From PVC group bacterium (GTDB taxonomy: Bacteria > Verrucomicrobiota > Kiritimatiellia > PWTM01): a stretch of DNA of 64,000 nt. The notes beneath the pieces are model-generated. The model did not search any database. It was not told the origin of the DNA and was given only the letters and a program-made list of their open reading frames with translations. Positions 36,701 through 45,165 of this stretch are shown here, piece by piece. The position numbers and the translations under genes are program-made. How positions within the stretch are numbered: position 1 is the first letter of the stretch; every line of letters begins with the position of its first letter. The stretch lies in the NCBI GenBank assembly GCA_003563855.1, contig PWTM01000309.1:18385-82384 (forward strand), in the 5' to 3' direction.

Positions 36701-38766
36701 GCAAAATTATCCAGTACATCCACGACATTGAACCGGTTGTACACCGTCCAGTAATCTCCCCAATCCGCGCCCACGCCGGGTTCCGACTCCGCGGTGGCGG
36801 TATGCTCCATCCGGCTCACATACACAGCATTGTTATGCCTCACATGCAGTTTGTCTCTATGATAATGCTTACCCTCTTCCCAGGTCAGGTTGGGCCCCAT
36901 ATCGGCTTCGTCGAGGAAAAGCTTATCGAAGGTGTAGCCACCGTACCAAGTGCCTGGCGTAGGAGATTCATTGTCAATATTCCAGGACGACGGCGAATCG
37001 CCGTAGCCGGCGTAAACGGTGTCGCCAATGATATGTTGCGGGCTGCCCGGGGGGAGCATATCCCAGTACAATCCACGATTGCCCTGAGAGGCCTTGATAA
37101 TCAAGACGGGTTCATCGTGGTACCAGCCCATGATATGCCCGAAGCCGTACTCGGGGCCGAAGACGCTGCTGGTGGCGCCGAATTCCGGCTTGAGCAGATC
37201 GTCGCCCGTGGCCGCATGGATGCCGCGGTAGCGCACGTCCTCGCGTGCAACCCAGCCGCTGCCGTCATGCAGGTTCGGGAACTTGTTTTCCCGCAATACC
37301 ATGGTCTCGAGCGTTCCGGGGGCCCTGCCGCTTCGGGTGCCGAAACCGACCATGTTGGATTGACCGGAGAGAATGTAGACCCTTACGGGGCGATCGGAAG
37401 AACCGGTATCGCCCGGCTCCGGGGCGGGCAGCGGATAGTCCACAACCGGCCTGTCGTCCGGATCGAGCGGGTCGGTAAACGCGGCGTAGATCTCGTACCA
37501 GTCGCCGACGCCGTCACCGTCGGTATCGGGGTTGAGCGGATCGGTGCCGTAGACCGCGACTTCCATGCCATCGGGAATCCCGTCGTTATCGGTATCCGGA
37601 TCGAGCGGGTCGGTACCATGGGCGATCTCGCCAAGAAAGGTGCGCTGGCCCCCTTCTTCGGTGAAGAAGATGCCCCTTTCCTCCCATTGGTCGTAGCGCG
37701 GATCCGCGCTGGTGACGGTGATGTTGTCGCCGTCGAGCAGCCCGTCGCCGTCCGTGTCGGGATCAAGCGGGTCGGTGCCGAAGTGCGCTTCGCCGTAGAA
37801 CGTGCGCTCGCCCCCGGCGTCGGTATAATAGTAGCCCGCGGTCGCGAAGTCGGTGTAACGCGGATCCTCACTCGTCACGACGATATTGTCGCCGTCGAGC
37901 AGCCCGTCGCCGTCGGTGTCCGGGTTGGTCGGATCCGTTCCGAGAAGAAATTCCTCCATATTGGTCAGACCATCGCCATCGACATCTTCATCGGGATCGG
38001 CGCCGGTGGGGTCCCCGAAGTACTTCTCCTCCCACCAGTTCGGCAGGCCGTCCCCGTCGTCGTCGGGCGGGTGCTCGACGGTGATCTTTTCCGAGAGGGC
38101 ATACATGCGCAGCGAGTCGCCGACGCCGCGCCGTTCTGCGGCGCTGCCGGCGATCCAGCCGCGGCCGGTGCTTCCCGCGCGGCCGGTGAGAGCGGATTCG
38201 GTCCCGTTGCGGAGCGGGTAGAGGTTGTGCGCCACCCCGGCGTCCGTCGAACCGCTCCAGGTGAGCTCCGACTGCGCGCCGGGGACCACGGTGAGGTTCT
38301 GGGTGATCTGGATCGGGTTGGCGATCGAGCCGTTCCACAGGTCGTCGTAGCCGGTGGCCACCAGAAGGCCGTCGAGGCGATAGACCGGCGCCTCGACAAC
38401 GGCATTGTCGCGGGCATCGACCGCGGCCTCGTCCCCTGCCGCTCTCGTGGAGACGATGGCCCGCCATTCGAGGTCCTCGAGCGTCGGCTGGATTTCCGGC
38501 ACCGTCGATGCGGCGGCGGCATTGCTGACGAACGTGTTCCAGTGGGAAATGGGGTGATTATCCTCGCCGCCGCCCGAGTTGCGGTTGGTGGTGTTGCTGG
38601 TCGCGAAGACCAGGTGGAAGGAATCGCCGGGCCCCAGGTCCGGCGGAATCAGCGGGTTGTCGTACTGGACGAAGTGCTCCGCCGCGGCCGGGGCGGCGGC
38701 AGCGAGCGCCGCGACCAGGGCGAGGCGCGCCAACGGGGCGAAACGGGATCGGGATACGGTTTTCAT
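33757..38766 (-). CDS. Large secreted multidomain protein (1669 aa): signal peptide, Ca-binding DxDGDG repeats, SASA/sialate O-acetylesterase-like SGNH domain, FN3-like repeats, InlB-B-type repeat, LamG-like domain within a PKD-like domain
   Basis: Start [37 protein letters not shown] repeats; GQSNMVG, WFQGHWD, YHYNHNA; 3x PPTP[ND]PMTF; FGGWNTAADGTG; VDAGPDQ. Confidence 0.85.
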   Translation of the reverse strand: MKTVSRSRFAPLARLALVAALAAAAPAAAEHFVQYDNPLIPPDLGPGDSFHLVFATSNTTNRNSGGGEDNHPISHWNTFVSNAAAASTVPEIQPTLEDLEWRAIVSTRAAGDEAAVDARDNAVVEAPVYRLDGLLVATGYDDLWNGSIANPIQITQNLTVVPGAQSELTWSGSTDAGVAHNLYPLRNGTESALTGRAGSTGRGWIAGSAAERRGVGDSLRMYALSEKITVEHPPDDDGDGLPNWWEEKYFGDPTGADPDEDVDGDGLTNMEEFLLGTDPTNPDTDGDGLLDGDNIVVTSEDPRYTDFATAGYYYTDAGGERTFYGEAHFGTDPLDPDTDGDGLLDGDNITVTSADPRYDQWEERGIFFTEEGGQRTFLGEIAHGTDPLDPDTDNDGIPDGMEVAVYGTDPLNPDTDGDGVGDWYEIYAAFTDPLDPDDRPVVDYPLPAPEPGDTGSSDRPVRVYILSGQSNMVGFGTRSGRAPGTLETMVLRENKFPNLHDGSGWVAREDVRYRGIHAATGDDLLKPEFGATSSVFGPEYGFGHIMGWYHDEPVLIIKASQGNRGLYWDMLPPGSPQHIIGDTVYAGYGDSPSSWNIDNESPTPGTWYGGYTFDKLFLDEADMGPNLTWEEGKHYHRDKLHVRHNNAVYVSRMEHTATAESEPGVGADWGDYWTVYNRFNVVDVLDNFAAEYPQWADQGFEIAGFAWFQGHWDQGNSRTAGRYEQNLVQFIEQLRGYYENRYPDNIAPNAPFVLATIAFSGWDMSGNTLTVAEAQLAVDGETGNYPQFEGNVKTVEARSYWRASDVSPSSTGYHYNHNAETFLLVGDALGRAMIELMDDETPPTPNPMTFAIPPSPVESGVIGMVATTAADPSGPVEYLFENVTTGEDSGWITETRWDSTGLADGETYTFRVQARDAVGNVGEWSDERSATAGLDTTPPTPDPMTFASPPAALGENAITMTATTAVDINGVEYYFEATDGGSDSDWQASPEYTDTGLSPGTTYTYVVRARDSIGNTTADSEPASATTDAPDLDPPTPDPMTFAVAPTATGETSITMTATTASDPSGVEYFFEETSGNPGGSDSGWQDSTVYTDTGLTPETTYSYRVRARDKAPAQNETGWSDTLSATTLRRYSVTYHANNADSGDVPVDTEGPYLPGSDVTVLGNTGNLVRAGFVFGGWNTAADGTGIGYAADATFAMPAEDVTLYARWKAPPEVDAGPDQTVYMTESAPWTPEQVNLAAWFDAMDESTLDIVDGKVHVWSDKSGNENHAEQSDASLRPPFNAEDSLLNDMPTVGRSGGNRTFLETTGAFELRNAYIVTYYDNATFSSHRVLLSQNTNDARVQGSNGGTAWRTGSDYPFTMYRDGSESSTTAALPMGPTLWKAVADSSIDSVWRLLGGANDWQYWDHGAAGEFIFTDGEEDAETARQIEGYLAHKWGVTLEEGHPYEDVAPGAPSAVVTLNGSALDPDGDPLTTEWSKIDGPDVRVVFDDPSDPETTVAFFGEGEYTLRLTADDGFQQVYDEVVIIVSTAPDSMPFEEWMDGFEGQTGFDDDFLGDGVANGLAWALGAEGPDEDARGLLPTLERIAGEGEDFLRFTYRRAVFAKDAALVAMFSTDLVAWAEADDEQIEEIDISEIGDGFGTGIDKVIVDFSESLAEDGRLFIRLRVERR

Positions 38767-38967
38767 GGTTACTCCATGGGGTGGGACAGAGGCGGGGGTC
38801 GAGTTCCAGGTCGTGCCAGACACTCTTCTACACTGGAATGCACTCGCACTGCCGCCCGTTGAGACTCTTTCCGCCGTACATGAGAAGGACAAATTAGCAC
38901 GATACGATGCCGACTGCACATTCGCCGATTGCGGATTTGTTTCTTGTACTATCCCGACACGGGGGAG

Positions 38968-39140
38968 AGAGGCGAGGAGCCAGGAGCGAGGAGCGGAGGG
39001 TGGCTTGCCCGTCGTCCTCGTTCTCGTCCTCGTCCTCGAACTTCCCCTGGGCCTTCCCGGTCTACGAGTACGTTCGACGAGTAGGGTCGACGAGTGGGGA
39101 GGGGCCGCACCGGCGTCGGGAGTCCGGCGTCCGGCGTCCC
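38968..39140. repeat. Intergenic repeat mosaic (7-mer GAGGAGC, 6-mer CTCGT[CT], 13-mer TCGACGAGTAGGG x3, 7-mer CCGGCGT)
   Basis: Read directly from the sequence; motifs recur at 33.4, 40.5, 58.9 and 59.8-60.1 kb. Confidence 0.75.
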
Positions 39141-39186
39141 CGGACGGCGCCCCGCGCACGTCGCGTTCGCGTGTTCCCCGCGACTG

Positions 39187-39195
39187 TGCTATAAG
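39187..39195 (+). promoter_or_regulatory. Extended -10 element of a putative leaderless transcript
   Basis: TGcTATAAG with 7 nt to the ATG at 39203; no SD sequence. Confidence 0.45.
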
Positions 39196-39202
39196 TGCCG
39201 CC

Positions 39203-40486
39203 ATGACAGGCTCCGGACAGGCATCGCCGCGCCGGCGCCGGCCGGGAAAATCTGACTCGCCGGGGGCGCGGCACAAGACGCGGACGGTCGCGCTGCTGGG
39301 CGGCCCGCGCCCGGAAATCCTGGCCGAGACGCAGGCGCGCGGATGGCGGCTTCTGCACCTCCAGCATTCCAACTACGTGGTTCCCCCGGGCCTGGAGATC
39401 GATGGCGCGCTGCTGCTCGCGACGTACAATGACCCCCGCATTCGCAAGGCCCTGACGCGGGTGCGGGCCGCCGTTCGGCTGGGCTCGGCGCCCGCCCCGG
39501 AGGCCCGGCGGTTTCCCGCCGTTCTGCCCGACCAGGCGGCGGAAGGGCGACTGGCGGCCGGGCATTTCGCGGAACGCGGATTCCGTCAGGTCGGCTACGT
39601 CGGGAGCCGGCCGCTGCAGGAACTCCGGCCCCTTTTCGAGAGCTTCCGGGACCGGTCGGCGGAGTTGGGAATGGCGTGTCATCTCCTCGAGATCGACCGG
39701 GGCGCGCTCGCCCGGTCCCAGGATCCGCACATCATGACCAAGCAACGGGTGTTCACCGACTGGCTGCGCACCGTTCCCAAACCCGTCGGCATTCTCGCCC
39801 CCAACGATAGTCGCGCGGCCCGCTATGCCTTCTGGACCGCCGAAGCCGGCTTCAACGTGCCCCTGGAAGTGGCCATTCTCGGCCGGGGAAACCGGACCGA
39901 GATCTGCGAGAGCGTGACGCCGACCCTCTCCTCGATCGATCCCGACAAGGCGGGACGAGCTCGGGCGGCCTGTGACCTGCTCGCGCGGCTGATGGCCGGC
40001 GAACCGCCGCCCCGGAAACCGGTCATCGTTCCGCCCGCGGTCGTCGTGGAACGGGAGAGCACGCGCCTGCTCGTGACGGCCGACCCGCAGTTGGCGGCCG
40101 CCCTGCGCTACCTGCGGGAGCACCTGCGCGAAGAGCTTTCCGTGGACGGCGTGGCGCGGGAGGTCGGCGTCTCGCGGCGCAAGCTCGAGCGGGCCTTCCA
40201 GCAGCACCTGCACCGCGGCATCAACGACGAGTTGCGCCGCATCCGGCTGGAGGAGTTCTGCCGCCTGATGCTCACGACCGACCGCTCCATCGCCAGGCTC
40301 GCCCCCGAGGTGGGCTTCCACAACCTGGCCAACCTTTACCGGGCCTTCAAGGCCGCCTGCGGCATGACGCCGCGACAGTACCGAATGCGGAACGCTCCGA
40401 ATGCGGAACGCGGAATGCGGAATGCGGAACGGCGGGGGAGCGGAGAGCGGCGCGCGTCACGGAGAGGGAAGACTCGTCGGGCGTAG
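39203..40486 (+). CDS. XylR-like transcriptional regulator (LacI-type sensor domain plus C-terminal AraC HTH)
   Basis: G.LAA.HF.ERGFR..GY, P.PVGILA.ND, VP.EVAILG..N, TLSSID, VVVEREST; HTH VAREVGVSRRKLER.F...VGF.....YRAFK...GMTP..YR. Confidence 0.88.
   Translation: MTGSGQASPRRRRPGKSDSPGARHKTRTVALLGGPRPEILAETQARGWRLLHLQHSNYVVPPGLEIDGALLLATYNDPRIRKALTRVRAAVRLGSAPAPEARRFPAVLPDQAAEGRLAAGHFAERGFRQVGYVGSRPLQELRPLFESFRDRSAELGMACHLLEIDRGALARSQDPHIMTKQRVFTDWLRTVPKPVGILAPNDSRAARYAFWTAEAGFNVPLEVAILGRGNRTEICESVTPTLSSIDPDKAGRARAACDLLARLMAGEPPPRKPVIVPPAVVVERESTRLLVTADPQLAAALRYLREHLREELSVDGVAREVGVSRRKLERAFQQHLHRGINDELRRIRLEEFCRLMLTTDRSIARLAPEVGFHNLANLYRAFKAACGMTPRQYRMRNAPNAERGMRNAERRGSGERRASRRGKTRRA
40384..40430 (+). 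repeat. 7-bp tandem repeat (AATGCGG) inside the 3' end of the regulator gene
   Basis: aatgcggaacgctccgaatgcggaacgcggaatgcggaatgcggaac. Confidence 0.8.
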
Positions 40487-40619
40487 TTGTTCGACGATCA
40501 GGGTCGGCGAAGGGGGGGGCGACCACTCCGGCGTCGGGAGTCGGGCGCCCGGCGTCCACGGACCGCGCCACGGTCTCCGAGTGGCGGGCGTCACACCGCG
40601 TCATCAGGGGGCAGAAAAA

Positions 40620-40694
40620 TGGAGCGAGCGATGGGATTCGAACCCACGACATCTACCTTGGCAAGGTAGAGCTCTACCACTGAGCTACGCTCGC
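40620..40694 (-). tRNA. tRNA-Gly (GCC)
   Basis: GCGAGCGTAGCTCAGTGGTAGAGCTCTACCTTGCCAAGGTAG...GGTTCGAATCCCATCGCTCGCTCCA. Confidence 0.97.
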
Positions 40695-40711
40695 CCCGTA
40701 AGGACGGGGGA

Positions 40712-40740
40712 TGTATACCCCGGAACGCGCCGGGGTGCAA
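40712..40740 (-). promoter_or_regulatory. Sigma70-type promoter of tRNA-Gly
   Basis: TTGCAC-N17-TATACA ending 17 nt upstream of the tRNA. Confidence 0.6.
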
Positions 40741-40786
40741 CCCCCATCTTGGTCAAGCATCGAAGAGACGACGGGAAGACCGGCGC

Positions 40787-41746
40787 TTACCCGGCCAGTG
40801 TCGGGGCGGCCGGGCCGCCTTCGGCGGCTTCGCGCCAGACGTCGTGGAAGAGGAAGCACTGGTAAGGATAGTCGCGCGTGTAGGCCTCCATCATGCGCGC
40901 GAAGGCCCCGACCCAGGCCTGGCGTTGTGCGGCCCTGGGCCGGCCCGGCGCGTAGCGCGGATGCCAGACGCCAGCCACGGTCACAACGTAGCCCCTGACC
41001 GAACGCTTGGCCGAGGTGAGCGCCACCACCGGGCAGCCGGCGACGGCCGCGATGTGGAAGCCGCCGCAGGAGAGCCGCGCGGGCGCGCCGAGAAAGGGCA
41101 CGGTGACCGCGCTGAACCCGTAGCTGCGGTCGCCCATGACCGCGACCAGCCCCCCCTCCTGCAAGGCGCGCGCAATGGGTACCGCCCCGCCGAGGTGGCT
41201 CTCCGGCGAGATGATCCGCAGCCGCTCGGCGCCGTCCGAGAGCCGCAACGACTCGGCCACCGCCGGGTTGTCCTCGGGGCGCATCACGAGGTGCACCGTA
41301 CGGTCGAGCCGGTCGAGACAGGTCATCACCGCCTGCCAGTTGCCGAGGTGGGCGGTCAGGAGGACGATGCCGCGCCCCTCCGCCATCGCCGCGCGCAGCC
41401 GGTCCTCCCCTTCCAGCCGCAGGTCGTAGCGGACCGCGCCGCTCAGCAGGCCGTGCCGGTCGATCAGGCTGCGGCCCTGGCCCAGGAATAGCCGGTAGAT
41501 GTCGCGCACGCGCCGGAGCCGGCCGTGCGCGGGAAACCGTCGCCGCACGTAGGCGGACGCCGCGCGCACCGCCGCGCGGTCGAACAGCAGGTAATAGGCG
41601 CACACAGGCCGCAGCAGCCCGTAGGCGCCGCGCAGGCCGAAGAGCCGGAGGCTGGCGCGGAAGAACCAGAAGCCCAGGGCATTCCCGCGCCGGCGCGTCC
41701 GGATACGGCGTCCGGCGTCCACGCGGGGCGGTGCGGGTTCGGTCAT
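40787..41746 (-). CDS. Lysophospholipid/lipid A lauroyl-type acyltransferase family protein
   Basis: GRGIVLLTAHLGNWQ, VAVMGDR, VPFLGAPA, YPYQCFLFHDVW; start ATG 41746. Confidence 0.85.
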   Translation of the reverse strand: MTEPAPPRVDAGRRIRTRRRGNALGFWFFRASLRLFGLRGAYGLLRPVCAYYLLFDRAAVRAASAYVRRRFPAHGRLRRVRDIYRLFLGQGRSLIDRHGLLSGAVRYDLRLEGEDRLRAAMAEGRGIVLLTAHLGNWQAVMTCLDRLDRTVHLVMRPEDNPAVAESLRLSDGAERLRIISPESHLGGAVPIARALQEGGLVAVMGDRSYGFSAVTVPFLGAPARLSCGGFHIAAVAGCPVVALTSAKRSVRGYVVTVAGVWHPRYAPGRPRAAQRQAWVGAFARMMEAYTRDYPYQCFLFHDVWREAAEGGPAAPTLAG

Positions 41747-41751
41747 CCGTC

Positions 41752-42618
41752 TCACCGCCGCACCGGCACGCGGCGCTCCGAGGCGAAGAGGGTCCACGTG
41801 AGCACCGAGCCGATCGTCACGGAATTTTGCCGGCGGACAAGCGGGCTGTCGGCAAAGACGGCCCCGTCGATATTGTCCCAGCGCCCGTGGATGCCCCAGG
41901 AGAGACGCGGCCCGAGCGTGCGCTCGGCGTAGCCCATCGCCGAGAACCCGGCGTAGCCGGAGCCCGCGCGGTAGGGCGGCCGGTCCGGACGTGCCGCCTC
42001 GCCGGGCACGTCGTAGAGCAGGCCCGCGACGCCGCGATCGATCCATTCGACGCCGGCGCTCGCGCTGAAGCGCCACTCCGGCGCCCGGTCCGGCCGGACC
42101 TCCTGCAGCACGACCCACGCCGACACGCGATACCCCTCGTGGCGCAGGCTAAGCTCGCGGTGATCCGCGGAGAACACCGCGCGGGCGGTCAACCACAGGT
42201 AGGGCGAGAGCGGTGGCCGCTCGGGCTCCGGGTAGAGATGGACCGCGGGCCCGACCTCGCCGATCGCGCGCAGCCGCGCCATGCCCTCGCGCGCCCGTGT
42301 CCGGCTCGTCGGCGGCGGGTGGCCGGAGAACGAAAGATCGGACTCGATCCAGGACCGCCGGACCCAGACGCTGCGCACGCCCTCGCGGTCCGCCTCGACC
42401 AGGCGGCCGCGCAGGATCAGGAACGGGATCGGGACCGCGTAGATCGAGTGCTCGTCGGAGCCGCGGTAATGGGGGATACGGGCGACGCCGATCCCCAGGT
42501 TGACCTCCCAGAGCGGCTCCGTCTCCATCGCCGCGCCGCCGGCGGCGCCGGCCACGGTCCCGCCCCCGGCCAGGAGCGCGGCCGCGAGGCCCGCGACGAG
42601 CGCGCGGCCCGCGCTCAC
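41752..42618 (-). CDS. MipA/OmpV family outer-membrane beta-barrel protein
   Basis: Signal peptide; PLWEVNLGIG...PHYRGSD....VPIP; DSPLVR; GTG start overlaps upstream stop. Confidence 0.75.
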   Translation of the reverse strand: MSAGRALVAGLAAALLAGGGTVAGAAGGAAMETEPLWEVNLGIGVARIPHYRGSDEHSIYAVPIPFLILRGRLVEADREGVRSVWVRRSWIESDLSFSGHPPPTSRTRAREGMARLRAIGEVGPAVHLYPEPERPPLSPYLWLTARAVFSADHRELSLRHEGYRVSAWVVLQEVRPDRAPEWRFSASAGVEWIDRGVAGLLYDVPGEAARPDRPPYRAGSGYAGFSAMGYAERTLGPRLSWGIHGRWDNIDGAVFADSPLVRRQNSVTIGSVLTWTLFASERRVPVRR

Positions 42619-43811
42619 GTCGCCGCCTCCGCTCGGCGCGCAGCGCTGCCGCGGACCGCCAGCGCGATCCCGTACGTTGCCAGCCCGGCCACGATCCCGA
42701 GGACCGGCGCGGCCACGAGCGCGCCAAGGAACCACTCCCAGATCCGCTCGTGCAACTGGTGGACCAGGATCTCGACCGACAAAGTTCGAATCGGCTGGCC
42801 GTGCCGCATGACGTGCCCGATCTGGACGCAGAGCACGGGGACGATCGGCGGAGCACAGAGGTTCTGGATCGAGAGCGCCATCACGCGGTTGAGCCGGAGC
42901 CGCGTCGTCACGTAGAGGATCGTCACCGAGTGCAGCCCGATCAGGGGCAGCGTAGCCAGGAATACGCCGACACCACCCGCCACGCCGAGCCCGGCGGGGG
43001 TCGCGTGCTCCCGCAGGAGGCTGCCGAAAAAGCGAAGCGGATGGCGCAGCAGCCGCACCCCCGGCTCGGGCGGGCTCGGCGCCAGCCGGCGCATGGGCCA
43101 GGGGACCAGCCGGCGCCCGACCAGCCGCGCATGCATCGCGGTCAGGCGCAGGTTGTCGCGCCACGGCCGGAAGTGCGAGACGCGCCGCCCCGGCGGCGCG
43201 TAGGTGACGCCGACATCGACCGACCGGATCGCGAGGCCGGCCCAGGCCGCGCGGGCCAGCACCTCGGCCTCGAAGTCGAAATGCCGGCCGCGCAGCTTCA
43301 GCTCCGAGACCAGGGCGACCGGGTACGCCCGGAACCCGCTCTGCGAGTCCCGGACCGGCAGGCCGGTCTCCATCCGGACCCAGGTGTCGGAGAACCGCAT
43401 GCCGAACCGGCTCGACCGCGGCACGTTCGGCCCGCGCATGTTGCGCGCCCCGATGACGATCGCCTCCGGGTCCTCCTCGAGCGCGGCGAGCAGCTTCGGG
43501 ATCTCCGCCGGGTCGTGCTGCCCGTCGGCATCGAGCGTCACCATGAACGCCCCGCCGCGCTCGCGCACCCAGGCCAGGGCGGTGCGCAGCGCGCAGCCCT
43601 TCCCGCGGTTGCGCGGGTGGCGCACGACCGCGATGTCCGTGTCCGCCAGCAGCGCGGCCACGTCCACATCGGTGCTCCCGTCGTCCACCACCAGCACGCG
43701 CGGAAGCACGGCCCGGCAGCCCTTCGCGACGGCCGCGACCGTGGTCCCGTTGTTGTAGACGGGCACGGCGCACCAGGCGCGCTCGCGGACCGGACGCCCG
43801 TCAGCCGCCAT
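42615..43811 (-). CDS. Glycosyltransferase family 2 fused to a DUF2062-like membrane domain
   Basis: VPVYN, VVDDGSTD, NRGKG.AL, TLDADGQH, DSQSGFRAY; C-terminal TP.GL...G.GVFL..LP helices. Confidence 0.88.
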   Translation of the reverse strand: MAADGRPVRERAWCAVPVYNNGTTVAAVAKGCRAVLPRVLVVDDGSTDVDVAALLADTDIAVVRHPRNRGKGCALRTALAWVRERGGAFMVTLDADGQHDPAEIPKLLAALEEDPEAIVIGARNMRGPNVPRSSRFGMRFSDTWVRMETGLPVRDSQSGFRAYPVALVSELKLRGRHFDFEAEVLARAAWAGLAIRSVDVGVTYAPPGRRVSHFRPWRDNLRLTAMHARLVGRRLVPWPMRRLAPSPPEPGVRLLRHPLRFFGSLLREHATPAGLGVAGGVGVFLATLPLIGLHSVTILYVTTRLRLNRVMALSIQNLCAPPIVPVLCVQIGHVMRHGQPIRTLSVEILVHQLHERIWEWFLGALVAAPVLGIVAGLATYGIALAVRGSAARRAEAAT

Positions 43812-45165
43812 CGCGCCCCCTCCGCGCCGGCCGGGGCTTGAGCAGCAGGTCCGTCAGCGAACCCGTGAACCCGAGCCGCAGCAGCGCGTGCAGTTGCGCG
43901 TCCAGCGCGTCGGGCGGGAAGACGATGTGGCGGTGGCCCGCGAACGCCTCGGTCAGCGTCGCCTCGAGCCAGGCACGATCCACCTTCGGCGACAGGTAGT
44001 AGACCGGTTCGAGCAGGTCCTGCCCCTCCCGGACCAGGCCTTCGCGCAGGGCGCGCCGCGCCAGCCCGGTGTCGGGCAGGATGCGCACGCCCATGAAGAC
44101 GAAGATCGCCGTGCGGTCGAGCGCCTGGAGATTCGCGATCCCCTCGCGCACCGTCTCCGGCGTCTCGCCGGGGCAGCCGAACATGAAGTAGTGGGCCGTG
44201 CTCACGCCGCCCTCGAGAAACAGGGCGTTGCACCGCCGCACGTCGGCGAAGGTGAAGTCCTTCCCGATCCCCCGCAGCGTCGCGTCGCTCGGCGCGTCCG
44301 AGCCGATCTCGGCCGCCTTGAGCCCGGTCGCCTGCATCTCCGCGACCGTCGCGGCGTCCAGCTCGTCCGAGGGTTTGAAGAACGCCGTCCACGGCACGGT
44401 CAGGCCGCGTCGCCGAAGTTCGGCCACGACCGCGCGGTACTGGCCCGTCTCGTCGTTGAAAACCGAATCGGTAAAGAAGACGTAGCGCGCGCCAAGCTTG
44501 ACGAGCCGTTCGACGTCGTCCACCACCGCCGCCGGATCCCGCGCGCGAACGGCGCGGCCTTCCAGCACGGGGTACGTGCAGTAGGCACAGGCGTGCGCGC
44601 ACCCGCGCTTGGTCTGCACCGGCGCGACGTTCCCCTGCGCGAAGTAGAAGGCGAGCAGGTCTTCGTCGTAGTCCGGCGCACCGATGCCCGCGCCTTCCAG
44701 GTCACCGGGCGCCGCAAGAATGCGCTCGGCCGGGTAGCGCCCGGCCTCGGCCTCGCGGACGAAATCGGCGAACGCCCGCTCCCCCTCGCCGACGATCCCG
44801 TAGTCCGCCCCGACCGCGCGCAGAACGGGACCGGGCATGACGGAGAAGCCGGACCCGCCGAGCACGATCCGGGCCGGCGTCTCCTCACGGATCGCCCGGA
44901 CCATGTCGGCGACCACCGCGATGTAGCGCTGCTCGTGCAGCAGGTTCACGTTGTCCACGTTGCGGATCGAGACGCCGATCAGCGCCGGCCGCCGGCGGCG
45001 CACCTCGGCCCGCAAGGCCTCGAACGACTGGCCGCTGCGCAGGAAGTCGAAGAGCGCGACCTCGTGCCCCTCGCGCCGCAGTGCGGCCGCGACCATGCTC
45101 GCCCCGAGCGGGTAGACGCAGTAGGGCGTGCTGGCGACGTTGGCCGAGATCAGCAGGACTCTCAC
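43801..45165 (-). CDS. Lipid-biosynthesis-associated B12-binding radical SAM protein (TIGR04072-like)
   Basis: RVLLISAN...PY.VYPLG, SIRNVDN, GGSGFS, QTKRGCAHACAYCTYP, FFTDSVFN; GTG start at 45165. Confidence 0.85.
   Translation of the reverse strand: MRVLLISANVASTPYCVYPLGASMVAAALRREGHEVALFDFLRSGQSFEALRAEVRRRRPALIGVSIRNVDNVNLLHEQRYIAVVADMVRAIREETPARIVLGGSGFSVMPGPVLRAVGADYGIVGEGERAFADFVREAEAGRYPAERILAAPGDLEGAGIGAPDYDEDLLAFYFAQGNVAPVQTKRGCAHACAYCTYPVLEGRAVRARDPAAVVDDVERLVKLGARYVFFTDSVFNDETGQYRAVVAELRRRGLTVPWTAFFKPSDELDAATVAEMQATGLKAAEIGSDAPSDATLRGIGKDFTFADVRRCNALFLEGGVSTAHYFMFGCPGETPETVREGIANLQALDRTAIFVFMGVRILPDTGLARRALREGLVREGQDLLEPVYYLSPKVDRAWLEATLTEAFAGHRHIVFPPDALDAQLHALLRLGFTGSLTDLLLKPRPARRGRDGG

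Noticed and set aside
38579..39372. Extended N-termini and apparent overlap of the 1871-aa and 635-aa ORF calls
   Set aside because: Better starts at 38766 (signal peptide) and 39203 leave a normal divergent intergenic region; the extensions translate repeat DNA.
33333..40620. Integrase-type genomic island at tRNA-Gly
   Set aside because: No integrase and no duplicated tRNA 3' end (att site) were found by eye.
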